Positions 25,431-38,515 of a stretch of 64,000 nucleotides of DNA are shown here, one piece after another. The notes below the pieces were generated by a model. The model did no database searches. It was not told where the DNA came from and saw only the letters and a list, made by a program, of their open reading frames with translations. The position numbers and the translations under genes are program-made. This DNA comes from Macrostomum lignano. Taxonomy: Eukaryota. Where the stretch lies: NCBI GenBank assembly GCA_002269645.1, contig NIVC01002578.1:96669-160668 (forward strand). Direction: 5' to 3'. How positions within the stretch are numbered: the stretch's first letter is position 1; each line of letters begins with the position of its first letter.

Positions 25431-26129
25431 AAGCAGCTTGTATTTTAAAGCATATTATTGTTCGAAAGTTACCAGAAATAATCTACATGCAGCTCGATCA
25501 CCCAAAAGTAACATAGGGTGCATAGATTGTGATTTGCACTATACACAATATATAAAATCTTATCTCGAATTTCAACTTTCAAACCCAAGGTTGCAACAGG
25601 GCAGCTGCATGTAGATAGAGATTAGCCATTTCTAAGTCAGGTGTTACTGCCCAACTGCAGCACTTTCATTTTAGCTGTGCCTTGATTATCCGTGCCGAAC
25701 TCTTTTGATCCTTGGGTGGGGTTAAATTCCATGCTGCTCTGACGCTATCTATAACTGACCATTTTACCTTAAGAGAAGACATAGAGAGAGAGATTCCACT
25801 GCGTCCAAGTCTGTAGCGTTGCAACTACGTTTTTAGATAAAGCTTACTGCAAAAATCATTTTCAATAAGTGTCATTTGAGTGCACACAACTAGAAGCATA
25901 TTTTATCAGGTTTTGGCAACTCTGGAAATTTAGCAGATGCGAAATTGTTTCTCTGGCTTAGATACGAGTAGTTAGAAATATGGCTCTGGTTATACCTGGG
26001 TAAATACAGTAAGTAGTAAGTTGAGTCTAATTGAAATCCTGCAAACTCCAAGTGTGCAGGATTTCCCGCATACTGACGCAGATCGACGCATCCCAGGGGT
26101 TAGAAAAATTGGGGCGTACCCCTCTTGGG

Positions 26130-26455
26130 GGGGGACAGCTTTAGGGGACTTTGGTTTGGACATGTGGGGTCCAGCTCAGACTGCAGCGGTTTGCCCAACG
26201 CTCGGCATGGTGGTTGAAGGCTTGGAGGAGGTCTCATAGGACCGCGGTTGATGGTTCAGCCATAGGGGTGGTAACAGCGTCCGTATAGCGGACCTTCTGT
26301 ACCGGGTCAGGACACGGGCTGCTGAGCAAATCTTCCATGACCACGTTCTAGAGAATTGGGCTGAGGACTCCACCTTGCGGTCCACCTTTCTGGGCCTCCA
26401 CATACCAGGAGTGCCCAAGGACGTGCAAGGTGGTAGTCCGATGAGAGACCATCCC
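26130..26455 (-). pseudogene. Decayed reverse-transcriptase fragment of a second non-LTR element
   Basis: Manual translation gives KGGPQGGVLSPIL*NVVMEDLL...KVRYTDAV...DLLQAFNHHAERWANRCSL, homologous to the RT core at ~28400-28560. Confidence 0.75.
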
Positions 26456-26672
26456 ATATAGCAAAATTACGTTGCCAATAGAAAGTTAGACGTCTTCAAT
26501 ACGTATTTTTTAGGTCGATGAACGTCCGCGAGATGTATCCAATGCATTTATGATCCTCCAAGAAGCTGGTTTCTGCAAAAAATGAGAATAAATAATGTTT
26601 CTATTACTATTTATTACTCGTGTGAGACAGTGGCTTGCAACCGAAGACAATGGCGCTCAATTCAACGCAGTG

Positions 26673-29600
26673 GCTTTGACTTATTTGACTTAGCTGCAGT
26701 GTGGTCCGTAGACACAGTAGGGAGGCGAGGTTTGCCCATTCCGCTAGCCCCTGAAGGCCCGCAGACAGGCAGAGGCGTGGGGCCGGTCAGGGTGGTCCGC
26801 CGGTCCGTCCTGCCGCATAATCTTTCGTAGGGAAAAAAGTGGCTCGTCTTGTCGCCCGAAGAAACTGGATGAGCCGTGGGATACTGTCGGGCCGGGTCAA
26901 TAGACGGGTTCGACCCGAGATAGCGCAGCCGGTCTCTGGTAAAGAAAGGGCAGTGACAAACAAAGTGCAGAGCATCTTCATGGTCGTATTCGCAAAAAGG
27001 GCAAATTTCACTATTGAGGTCACCTCAGAGGAAGAAGTGCCTGGCGAGGTAGCCATGGCTGGTAAGGGTCATGACGAGGGTGCGATTATCCATCTGGTTT
27101 TGGTTCATAACGACGTTCCTGAGCCTGCAAGAGGGGCACGGAACCACGGCTCGTGATTGCCCGGCAGTTCTGGGTGCCTGCCCATCTGTCCATGTGAAGG
27201 GAATCAGCCTAGTCATCGATCTGACGATTGATGACCGTAGAAGGGATACGCTCGTAGGGACCACGGGCTCAGGGCCTAGGAAGGAGGGTGTCTGCCAACT
27301 AAATGTACTTCCCGGGAACCCTGCGTGCCCTGGGATCCACTTCAGCATTGAAAGTATTGCTACTGGCCAGGAGGTTGAGCTCCCGAGCGCAGCCAGCGAC
27401 TGTCCGGGAGTTTGTGGTGGTGTGGCAAAGGGCCTGTAAAGCCGCTTGGCTGACAGAGTTGATGACGATAGTCTCTTGTCTCGTACCCTTGGCATTCAGT
27501 TCTGCGGCGCAAGGGCTGATAGCAAGGACTTGGTTCTGGAAGACGGTAGAGAGTCTGCCAGTGTGCTGACCATGCGTGGCAATGACGCGGCCGTCGACGA
27601 TGATGCAGACCCCAAATCCAGCGTAGCCGTCTTTGATGGTTCCGTCCGTGTTGCAATGGACCAGGAAATTCCAGGTGTCAGTGGCAGCATCCTTGAGGTT
27701 ATGTGACTTTGTAGCGGTCAAAGAGGTTGAGAGTGCGGGGTTTACCGTCAGATAAGACGTGGAGCCCGCCACCGTCTCTCAAGTCTTTGAGGCAGAGGTC
27801 GGCGTGAGGCAGGAGTTTGCGCTTAGCCATAGCCCTATGGGGCAGGAAACGAATGCCGGCGTCAATAAGACGGCGGGCAGTCTTAGCCGCAGTTCCCTGC
27901 GAACGAAGATGTCCAGCGGGGGAATGTTGAGGAAGGCGTTGCAGAGGCGTAAGGAGCAGACGGGGGGCGCTTATGATCATGCGGCATGCGCGCCCTTGCG
28001 CTCTCCTGAGAGTCTCCAGGCAGGTCTTCATCTGCAGGGCGCTAGCCCAGATCAGGCCGCCGTACGAGATAGCAGGCCTAACCATTGCAGTGTTGGGGTT
28101 AAGCCCCCAGGTGGTGCCGACGGCCCTGTGCAGCTACGCGAGAACTGCAAGGGCACTCTTGGCTTTAGCCTGAACGTGGGTGACCAGTTCAGCCTGTGGT
28201 CCAGGGTAATCCCTAGACATTTAGTCTGCTGGCAGAAGGGGATTTCCCTTCCGTAAAGCGTGAGCGGCCGAATCTGCCACTTGGTCCTGCTGGTGAACAT
28301 GATCGCTGCCGTCTTAGTCTTAGAGAGCTTTAGACTGAGCTTTAGAGCTTTAGAGATCCATTGCTCTGAATGAAATTCTGGATGAAATTCTGAAGGAGGT
28401 CCTTGACGGTGTCAGGGGACGGACCAAACACCACTGCGGAGACATCGTCCGCATATCCTACTTTCAGAATGGGATCAGGCCGAGCATCCCGAAGGAGCTC
28501 ATCAACAATATTCCAGAGAACTGGAGACAGCACCCCAACCTTGCGGGCTACATTTGCAGACGGGGATCGTCCTCTGGTAGACCAGCGAGCTATGGCCGTG
28601 CGATGGCTGATCATGTACATGATCCTTCTGGTGAGATGTGAGTGCGTTTGCCTTTCACAGAGGGCTCTCTGGAAAGCCTCGAAGAGGACGTTATCGAAGG
28701 CGCCAATGACGTTCAGGAAGATCCCCAGAGCGAAGTCGAAGAACGGCCTTCTCTAATTTATCGACCAGGACGTGTAGCGCGCTTTCGGTGGAGCGACCCG
28801 CCTGAAAAAGTCATTCTTTAAGCTTTGAAGGGCTTAAAGGAGGTAGCTGCTCTTACGATGCGTTCCTCCGTGATGATAGAGGCAGCCAGCGCGTGACCTC
28901 CTCAAAGTGATCCGGGTGGTCAGGTTAGTCGGCTCGTTGGGAAAAACACATGGAGCATAGTATCAAGCGTTTCCCTTGAGTTATGCGTAGGCGTGCCATC
29001 GGTGCGTTTTATCGAGGAAAGCTTAGACATTTTTTGTCCAGCGTAAGCGCATTCACGACTCGTAAAATCATGGATTGCTTCATGATAGGCGGCTTGGTCT
29101 GCTGGGCTCTTGGTTTAGTTGCTCTGCGGTGGAGTCTCTTAGCTCTGCAATGGAGGTTGCCGAGCTCGGGATTCCCCCACGGCGCAGATTTTTCCCTTTA
29201 CGAGTATAGGCTTTTAAAGGGCAGGATGCCTCAAAGGCGTTTATGGCGTTTATGTCAGCACAGTCGCGCACGTCGTGATCGTGGATGGTTGGACCGAATA
29301 TTGATGGAACTCCTTCAGGGCGAGTCTAAAGGTATCCCAATCAGTGTTTTTTGCGTTCCGTCTCCACGTAACGCGGATTCATGCTGCGCGCGGCCATCAG
29401 GTTGAAGGAGATGAACTTGTGATCGGAGACGGAGGACGCCGGAGGCACCCGCCACGCCTCAGTGCTTTGGTAGAGCCTGGATGTTGCCAGTGTGGCATCG
29501 ATCACCTCCTAACATCGTCGGTTATCAGAGATAGGAGCCAGAATTGCAAAATCGAGGGTCGTGGAGGCAACAGAGGCGCTAGGAGGTTAATGCCTCCCGT

Positions 29601-32009
29601 GGACCCGTAGGAGGTTAATGATTAATGCCCGTGCTGCCCCAGTGAGTATGTTGGTCGTTGATATCGCCGGCAACCATGAGCTCCTATGTTTTGGCGGAGC
29701 AGAGCTCGACTAACGTATAGAGGGTTCTGTGGACGACTGCAACATCGCCTGGTAAGGTAAAACCGAGGCAACGAGGGTATCTTCCCAGGAAAGAGGTCCT
29801 CAGATTGGCTGACGCAGATGACCCTGTTAGACAGGTCCAATCTGAGCCACGCGCTGGGTGTTTTAGCCACAAAGATGCAGGCTCTGGGAGGCTGACTGGC
29901 CTCGCGTGGGTAAGTATAGAAACAATAGTAGCCGGAAGGGGCGTTCTGAGGCTTACCTTTTAGGCTCAGGTTTCCTGCACGAGTTCGGCATGTCGTCCAG
30001 CATGTCGAGCTCGGCGTAATGCACAAGGTTGACCGAGGCTACTATGCGGTGCTGCAGATTGATCTGCAGGCATCGGATTCCCTGGCTGCTGATCATTATC
30101 ACGTGGGGCAGCGAAATCGTGGAGCAGGTCATCCTCCTCCTTTTCAGAGGTGATTGGCCTGCAGACCTCCATGGGAGCTTTAGCGTCCTCGGCAGTTAGG
30201 GTGGCTGTAGAGTCCTCCGCGGGCGCAAGCCCAGCGAGGACGTTTCCGTCGCCTCCCATGGGTGCTTCGGTGTCGTCACTACCCAACCCCTCCACCTTGT
30301 TGTCAAGTCGATGCGGGTGATGCCAGCCTCCTGTCGAGGAAGGATCTCCAACGACCAGTCGGTCAACGTCTCCCTAGCTACAACCTGCAAGGCTTTCTGG
30401 CTGTCGGCATGGAGCGCGAGAAGGGCGGACCCGGACCTCCGGGTGCTCCTGGTAGGTCTGCGGTTGCGGTTGCCGGATTCAGCAGCGTGAACTGCCTTAC
30501 CGGGCTGGGGATCAGCCGCTTGCCTCAGCTTCTTAGCCGGAGGAGCCTGGGCCCCAGTTCCGATTTTGAAAGCCTCAGCATGCTTGGCTTCGTCAGCTTT
30601 CCGCTCCTCACAACGGAGGATGGTCAGCTGAGTCTGACCAAGGTGGATTGTGGACTTAGGCAGCAAGCGCTTTAACCCAATCGTCAGAGAGAACTAGGAT
30701 CACCGTGGCCCCCCTCTTTTGCGGGAAGTGGTGTGATGCAAGTGCCCATTAACCTCAAGGTCAGGGTGCAGCTTCAGCAGGATCTGCCTCAGCTAATCTC
30801 CCGACTTAATGCCAATGCCGGTCGGGATACAGACGCGAAAGCGTTGGGTCTTTTGTCGCACGCCCTTGCTGGCGAGGACGAGTTTGCGGAGCTTCTTGGC
30901 CAGTTCTGCTTTGGCAGAAGCTCGTGTAGACATCGGCTTCTCTTCTCCGAGTTTCACCAGATAAAAATGCAGCCGTCGGTCTTGGCTGATTTGACCACGC
31001 TCACGGGGTGGCCTGCTAGGCGCTGGTCAATAAGTGTAGCCTCAATAGTGCGCTAGGCACTGTCGAGCTCATCGGCAGTGAGGTCTTGCTCCTCCCCGAA
31101 GACGATGACCGCAAGTTGGAGCTTGAGCTTTGAGGCATAGTTGGTGGCGGCGGCTCCCGAAGGCCCGGCCGCGCTGATGGCAGTTTTGCTGGATGGCATA
31201 CCAGCGGGGGTTGTTTCCTGGGGGGGGGCAGGGATCGCTGTGGCTCCTTTCGGCCCAACAGCAGCCTCGCCCTCCCGAAGTTCCGCCTCCGCAAGTGGCC
31301 GGCCCGCAGCCTCCCTGTCGCGTTGTCGCCATCGCCGCTCGTTGTGGCGTTAATTGGGGGCACGTCGTTTTGTCGCCAGGCGAGCCAATGGCGACCTTAA
31401 CTGCCCCCGGTGGGGCGGCGCTGGCGCCAGAATCACCGCCCGAAGTTCAAGGGGGTCACAGCTTCAACGGGAATATTAGAGGCGGAGGATGCCATGGCTG
31501 AAAGAGGGAAGGAGTGAGCGGAGTCACAAGGAAAAAGATAGAAAGAAAAAAGTGGTTTTCTAGCGACCAGACTAGCTACTCCGCGGCCTTCCAGCCCATC
31601 GGCGCGGTCAAACACCTTAGCCATTAGAGGGTACGCTAAGCAGTACCACGGCCTGCGGACAAGCGAGCCAAACCCGCATACCCAAGTTCGGCAAAAGCCA
31701 CTGGATGGGTACCCAGCGTTGGAGCCCAGTCTGTCCAGCAGCTCCAGGGTCTGCCTTGAACACTCTCGGGGACGAGTACCCCTGGGTTGACTTGCAAACA
31801 GCGTGGGAGAGTCTGCGGTTGCCAGAGGCAAATAGATGGAGCAGACCTCCTGCCAGCCTGTAACTGCTGCGCTGAAGATAGAGGAAGGTGTGAAGCATCG
31901 CAGACAGTAGCTCATAGGCCTAGTCTGTCTCATACTTCGCTGGTGTGCTGAATGCGCCTAAACGCCTTTAGCCTTTACGCCTAAACGCCTTTACGCCTTT
32001 ACGAGCTCC
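26673..32009 (-). mobile_element. Degenerate near-full-length non-LTR retrotransposon with ORF1 + APE + RT + RNase H (LOA/R1-group-like)
   Basis: APE (GDINDQHTHWGSTGIN, EVIDATL, SDHKFI; ~29395-30030); RT (GAFDNV ~28690, VLSPVLWNIVDELL, GYADD 28444-28458); RNase H (NTDG, STVFQ, SQAALQAL, WIPGH; ~27330-27720); ORF1 from ATG 31495. Flanked by a 28-bp direct repeat (26645-26672 / 32010-32037, 25/28 identical) with a 3' tail (TAAGTCAAA)2. Many stops and frameshifts. Confidence 0.88.
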
Positions 32010-32686
32010 AGACAGTGGCGCTCAATTCAATACAGTGACACCCTATACAAAGCTAAGGGGCTGTCACTTAAAGAAATCATTTGAAGCTCCATAAAAAGCC
32101 GAGCAACATTTTTAGGACATCGGCATTTGGTATTAACTAGACTCGTTGACTATATAAGTATTGTATTGTTGCTAATTTTCAATACCTTTATCTGGCAAGC
32201 TTTTTGTTAGCTTGTGAATGACGGGGCCTTTAATTGCACTGATCAACCCCCATAGCAACGGTTCAATTCATAAATAGGAAAACTAGCAGCGCGTCTTACT
32301 AGTGAACTCACACGGTCTTAGCAGTATGAAATGCCTACTAATTGTGCTCTGCCTTTTCGTCCCTCCCAGCAAGCAGAGGGTGATAAGGCCAAGCAGAAAC
32401 TGTGGAGATTACAAAATGCATTGAACATTCTCTTTCTCACAAATGCTGCTGCTGGCAACACAGTTTGCTATCAATCGAGCAGCGCATGCAACGTTGGCCT
32501 GCCACTCCGATAAAAGTTTTGAATAGCGCGAATTACTGCACTGGAAAATCTGCGGTAGAATTGAATTCGCTATTCAATATATAGGCTGAACTCTGGGGGT
32601 TCAAATGTCACTATCTACCTGCGGAGCGGTTTCTGTATCGGCAATTAGTCAACCAAAGTGCAGCTAAACGCATTAACGAGTTGGCC

Positions 32687-35600
32687 ATGTCGAAACAGAT
32701 ACCTCGGCAGGACGAGCAGTTAGAACCTGTCCAAGCGGTGAACGACGGTGATTCAGTAGACTCCGAGGATGACCAACACTGCGGCATAGGCGGCCTCAGG
32801 CCAGCCTGGATGCAGTCTTGCCGACGCTTCAGTATATTCTTCATGTGTCTGATTGGCACTTCTATCGCTACATCACTGCTCAGCACCTATCATAATTCCA
32901 TGGTGAGCACGTTCGAGAAGCGATTCGACTGGAAGACTCAAACAGTTGGCTTTGTGCTGGCTTCCAACGATTTTGGCTACCTGGCCTCCGTGCTGTTCAC
33001 CGCCCATTTCGGCAGCATGAGCCACCGGCCCAGGCTGCTGGCTGCGTGCAACTTCGCTTACGGCACGACTGGCATCATCTACTTCCTGCCGTATTTGTTA
33101 TTCGGCTCGAAGTTCACCACCGACGAGGTGTTTGGAACAAGGCCTGGCGGTCCAAATTCGTCAGCTATAACTTTGTCCAGCTCGAAGATTCCGTACTGCA
33201 AAGCACCAGCTGATGACTTGGCGATGGAGATGGCTGCTCCAGGAGTGCAAGATAATTTCACTTTTGTCGATACTCGATGGAGCTCTGCGATCCAGTCTAA
33301 CGTGGCTTTTGTCATCTTCCTGTTTGGCGGAGTCGTCCAGGGTGTCGCTGTGGGACCCTTCTGGAATGTGGCGTTCGCTTTTATCGATGACATGACCAAG
33401 CAGTGGTCTGGCGTGTTTATTGGTAAGCTGAATTTCGCTTCTTTGTGCCTTAAATTAAATTGGACTAAGTTAGTACTCGTATCAGTTATTTAGTATCAAG
33501 TTATAAGGTATAAGGTATAGGGTATTATTCAAGGTATAATATCGGTCGAAAATTGCTTACGCTCGTAGTAGAAGGAAGATCGGCGAAGGTGTAAGTTTGC
33601 TTGAACGAAGTTTTCAGTCTCGCTTGGGAGATGTTTCCTTTGTAAACTACTGCTTCCTATTGGCTGAGACTGGGGGGGGGGGTCGTATCGGCAGCATTTT
33701 AATTGATTGCATGGTAATGCATTCAAAGATGGATAGAAACTATGGGGCCAAAAATAATCACTTCGGCTCGACTGATGTTATCCATATTATAGAAGGTGAC
33801 TAATTATGTTGAGTACGAGTATCTCGTAGTGCTAGAGTGATAAAAGAATATGGTAACTTGATCAATAAGCTGACTTGCCACCCGAATCGGACCGCAGGTT
33901 TGTACACTCTGCTGAGGGCAGTCGGCCCTATCATGGGCTACCAGCTTGGCTCCAGGACGACAAAGCTGAACGAGAATCTGAGCGGAACCCTCAGCCAGTT
34001 TGTCGGCAGTCAGAAAAGTCCCCTGTGGATTGGTGCCTGGTGGCTTGGCTATTTAGCCACCGGAATTCTGGGCATGTCCGCCTCTCTGCCTCTGTTCTGT
34101 TTTCCAAGAAACGTGCCCCTCCGAGTGAACACAGATCCCAGCAAGCTGCGGAATCCAGTCATCAGGCTGCTGTTGAAACAGTCCGAGAAGAAGGATGACA
34201 TTTTGCAACAGGAGGAACTGGGAAATCCGGAGTCGCGCAAACAGGAGAAAACGTTTCTAGGTGAGGTTTTCGAGATACGAGACAAAATCCATACTAAAGG
34301 AGCAAAAGTATATAACCAATAGAGCCGAGGAATTTTCATTTTACACCCGAACTCATTTGTAAAAAAACAGCAAAACTTCGTATCTCAATTTTGACCCATC
34401 AAAAATACGAGCATAGATCTCCAAAGTCTGCTTCACGCGTCTGGCACGAATTTGAATTGCGAAATGATTATTAGAGTGTTCAATTTACCTTTCAGGTCTT
34501 TTCCGCTCGCTAAAGCGTCTGTTTATTAATCCAATTTTTCTGTGCTTATTAATTGGCAACTTTTTCGAATTCGTGGCATTGAGCACGCCTATTAACTACA
34601 ATGCCAAGTACTTGGAGCACCATTTCGACTTGACTCAGAGCGAGGCAAGTTCAATTACTGGTAAGTTAAAACAAAGTTACTTGACTCTGAGTTATTGAGC
34701 TGTATGAAAATCTAGGCCTACAGTATAGTAAGCAATGCCATGGACAGCTGAAATGGAAGGGCAATAAACTAAAATTTCTTAGAAATTGCCTGGAAGTCGG
34801 TAAGGCACGGTCGATATTTGCCGCATCGCCAGTGCATTTAGTGCATTTTGCATCTTACTTCAGTTTTCCGTGAGCGATGCATGATTAAAACAAACTCACG
34901 TAAATGTTATAAATGTTATTCTTCAGGCCTAGTGATGCCGGTCACGTTTGGTGTTGGGCTCATGCTGAGCATCGCGATCTCATATCGCTTCCAAATGACC
35001 ATGTACTCGCTAGCTCGCTTCCACGCATTTGTGCATCTGTTCGGTATTCTACGGTACTACCTTGGCACTTTGTTTGTCTGTCCTACTCCGCAAGTGCTCA
35101 CTAGTCCGAGTTCATCACCAGCCGCAGGTGAGTGACTCAACGCCCGGTAGATGGTTTGGATTCCAAAGTGACACTCAACCCACAACTGGCAAGAGAGCTC
35201 TTACAACTTACATGTAGGCAAGAACTTCAAGGTTCTTGATTTATGCTGTTTTTAATGCTCAAGAGGAGAGAGCAAAGTAGATCGACGGTTGGTGCTTCTA
35301 CCTGACTCTCGCATTGAAGTACACAGTTTTAGTGAATGTGGGACTCGAGCAAGAAAATCACCTATGGGCTTCTGCAATTCTCGCCCTAGAAAGCAGTTCC
35401 CAAATCACTGAGTGCGATTAAAGGCTTGACGATGAGAAAGTTAGGGCTGATGTGTACACCCTGAGTAAGTTCGTGCCCTGGCTGCCGGGTCGATTGTCGC
35501 TTGCACGCTCGGATCGGAGGTCAGAATGCGCTGCGTTGAGTGCAACGGAAAGCTGACCTACTGTTTTGCTACACACTATACCTCAGGTGAATACTTTGTC

Positions 35601-37269
35601 AACGGATCCTATTGCGGCGTCGGCGACTGCGGAGGTTGCACCCGGACTGACTACTTTCCAGTGTGCGGCGGCAACGTCACTTACTATTCTCCCTGCGTCG
35701 CTGGCTGCTCGCAGGAAACCGGGCTCAGTAGCGGCTGTCAGTGCGTACCTGGCGGCTCAGTACGGCTTGGCACCTGCCAGGGCGCTTGCTACTCGAGCCT
35801 GATGGCCTACGCGTTTACTTCTATTGCTCTGGGCGCTATCCAGTGCTCGGCTCGGACTCAAGAGGCTGTCATTAACTTGCGCTGCGTGCAGCCGAGAGAC
35901 AAAGCGCTGGCTCTGGCTTCAAGCAGCTTTATGTGGGGCCTCAGTTGTGAGTGATGCTTTTCTTTTTTGTTTAACAAGTTATGATATTTGTGAGTCGATA
36001 GGAGTCAAGAACTCTTCAAAAAGCATCAGCCTGGGGGTTCATATCAGCTTGAGGAGGCCACATCCTTCTGGGAAGCCAATTCAGGACCAAGGACTACTCA
36101 AATGGAAGAACGGGAAACTATGTTTCTTAGAAAATTTTGGAGGCCGGTTTACCGAAGAAAAATACATTACGGAGATAGGAAGTTTTCATTTGTTCAGCAC
36201 AAAAATTGTTATTGCTTTTGATAGGGGGCAGACCCTATGTTCATTGTTTGGTATGTCTTGCGTTTTTATATAGCTCTATTGATATTCATAAAGCTTTTTG
36301 CTTATAAAATTAGAATTCTATGGTAATTCTATATCTCGCGTACTTGGTTTATGCTTAAAAAATGGCACAACTTGACGCATTTGGTTTTATGAACCTATTT
36401 TATCATTCTGTTACACATTTTGTTATACAGTTATTAAGCTAACAATGACAAAATAGATTCATAAAACCAATGAGCCAAGCCGTGTCACTTTAATGGTTTT
36501 TAGGCACACAGGCAGTACATGTACGATTGTACAGAGGACATAAATAAATAAATATATACCGGTAGAATACAAAGTTCATAAACGAAAACGTTCATAAATA
36601 TCAATAGAACTATAAAGAAAGATCAAAAGATGAACATTGAGTCTGGCTCCTATCAAAAGTACGTAATTACAATTTTTGTGCTGAAAAAATTGAAACTTCC
36701 TATCTCTGTACGTCGTTTTTTTTAGTAAAAATCGCCCTCTAAAATGTTCCAAGAATTTCGGTTTTCTGTCCTTCTAATTGAGTAGTCCTTGATCATGCAG
36801 AATGGGAGGGGGCAGCGTGATTCTGATAATCCAGTGAACTGTGCATCTTTTTTTCGTGAGTACGTATAATCAGATCATCTTTAACGTATCGAAAGGTCTT
36901 TTGAATATTCATATTGACTATCTTGCTCAATCAATGCAACAAAACTTGCTCACAGCCTCTCTGCTACCACCGCTAATCGGCACGGTGTTCGACAACATCT
37001 GCCTCATCAGCAGCAGCGATGGTAAGCGCTCCTACTGCGAGATGTACGACCGCGTGTCGTTCAGGTACGCCTTCCATCTGTTGTCCGTGTTTGCACACGC
37101 TATCGCCTGCGTCTTCTTCTTTCTGGTTTGGTATTTCTGCGCCAAGCGCTATGGTCGAGACGGGACGGCGGCTACAGATACGGCGGCTGAGGCCAAAGTT
37201 GAGCTGGCAGAGCGAAAGAAGTCTGGTGAAAGTAGGGAAGATCCTGCAGCGGAACCGTTAAACGGTTGA
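32687..37269 (+). CDS. SLCO: Organic anion transporting polypeptide (OATP/SLCO), 712 aa; exons 32687-33422, 33898-34260, 34496-34660, 34927-35127, 35587-35946, 36956-37269
   Basis: N-terminal CGIGGLRPAWMQ, STFEKRF, ASNDFG, WIGAWWLGY, AKYLEHHF, Kazal-like PVCGGNVTYYSPCVAGC, RCVQPRDKALAL. All five introns are GT-AG phase 1 and sum to 2139 nt. Confidence 0.95.
36085..36797. mobile_element. Old foldback/MITE with ~170-bp diverged inverted repeats in OATP intron 5
   Basis: 36085-36255 aligns to the reverse complement of 36620-36797 (shared GGAGATAGGAAGTTT and TCAGCACAAAAATTGT). Confidence 0.7.
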
Positions 37270-37656
37270 TCGAAAATAATTTTAATAAATAAACTGTAGC
37301 TTGTTTACGCACATGGAAGATTAAAAGTGCATGTTTAGCAGCACGAAAACCGTAGAAGTTATTGAAGGTCCAAGATAGCTATCTCTTTTGCCAGTCAGCT
37401 GTCGATAATCGATGTAATCAAAGCTGAGAAGCACGAGCTAGATAGTTTCCAACGGCCCAAAATACTCTGGAAGTGTATCTTAGGTAACATTTTAACATTG
37501 ACACTGGCATAGAATTTCCATTAGGCATTCATTTAAATCTTTTTTATAGCAAAATTCAAGTTGTCAAGCAATAATTATTTTTGCGCTGTGAAGAGCAAAA
37601 ACTGGGTTTAAATGGGCTCCGAGCTTTTGTCTAGGATAAAAAACTGACGTCTATGC

Positions 37657-38515
37657 TCAGCAACAGACAAAAGTGTCCACCCTTTTCTCGGGAGAATTTC
37701 GGCTCCTGCAGTTGAGTGGCAAATCAGCGACTCTGGGCCATAGACATTTATTCTGATACACGACTCAATACAGTTTTAGGAGAACGAATGATAGCAGGAA
37801 ATGAGAACAGGGAACTGAATACTGCGAAGTGGGAATTTAAATTTATTTAATTTAAATAACGCGTATATTCACCACGAGCAGCCAATATGCCAGGCACACA
37901 GAAGCATCGCCAGACTGAGACGCTGTAGGTAATTCTGCGGAAGTCTTTGCCTGCCGCAGCTGAGCAACATTCTGTGGCGGATTTTCTCGCTGAATGGTGC
38001 GCTACAAAGTCCCAGACGTGCTCGATTTTTCATTTGAGTCACCACAGCAGCAGTTGCAAAGAGCAGAAGGCGCGCTTGCAGAAGATTAGCGTAGGAGTTG
38101 CCAGCAACATCTGCCTCTAAAAGGACCAGATCCGCCTTTGAATGGAGTGTGCTGCCCGCCCAAACATGAACCGATCCGGACTGCTGTTTGGTGCACTGCA
38201 CATGCTGCTGCAGCGCTTCCATCATACCAATAGCACGCCAGCGTTCTCCGTCAGTCATTTGTCGAACCATTTCGTCAACAGATGAATGGATTGCTCTAGG
38301 CTCGTAAAATCGCTTCTACCTCAAACAAAGACTTCCTTGTCCTCGGTTGTTCTCAGCTAGCGTCCCACCCTTCACCCACCCATAGAATAATTTTGTCTAT
38401 GGTCGAACTGTTGGATCGATTCGCCACTCAACTGAGAGACGAATTTTTCCCGAGAATGGGTGGACGTACCAGAGAATATCGATATCTCGGACACTTTTGT
38501 CTGTTGCTGTGTATG
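37657..38515 (-). mobile_element. Internally deleted Tc1-like transposon remnant flanked by inverted repeats
   Basis: N-terminus MVRQMTDGERWRAIGMMEA, SGSVHVWAG, and in other frames RENPPQNVAQLRQA and ARGEYTRY (Tc1-type C-terminus). 37657-37727 is the reverse complement of 38416-38515 apart from an insertion. Confidence 0.75.

Noticed and set aside
25481-25616. 136-bp segment with a 14-bp inverted repeat as a MITE
   Set aside because: No TSD or second copy; could be chance.
31950-32005. TTAGGC (nematode-type telomere) repeats implying telomere targeting
   Set aside because: Only two TTAGGC copies within an AAAGGCGT tandem; the TTAGGG-type repeat is what occurs elsewhere in the window.
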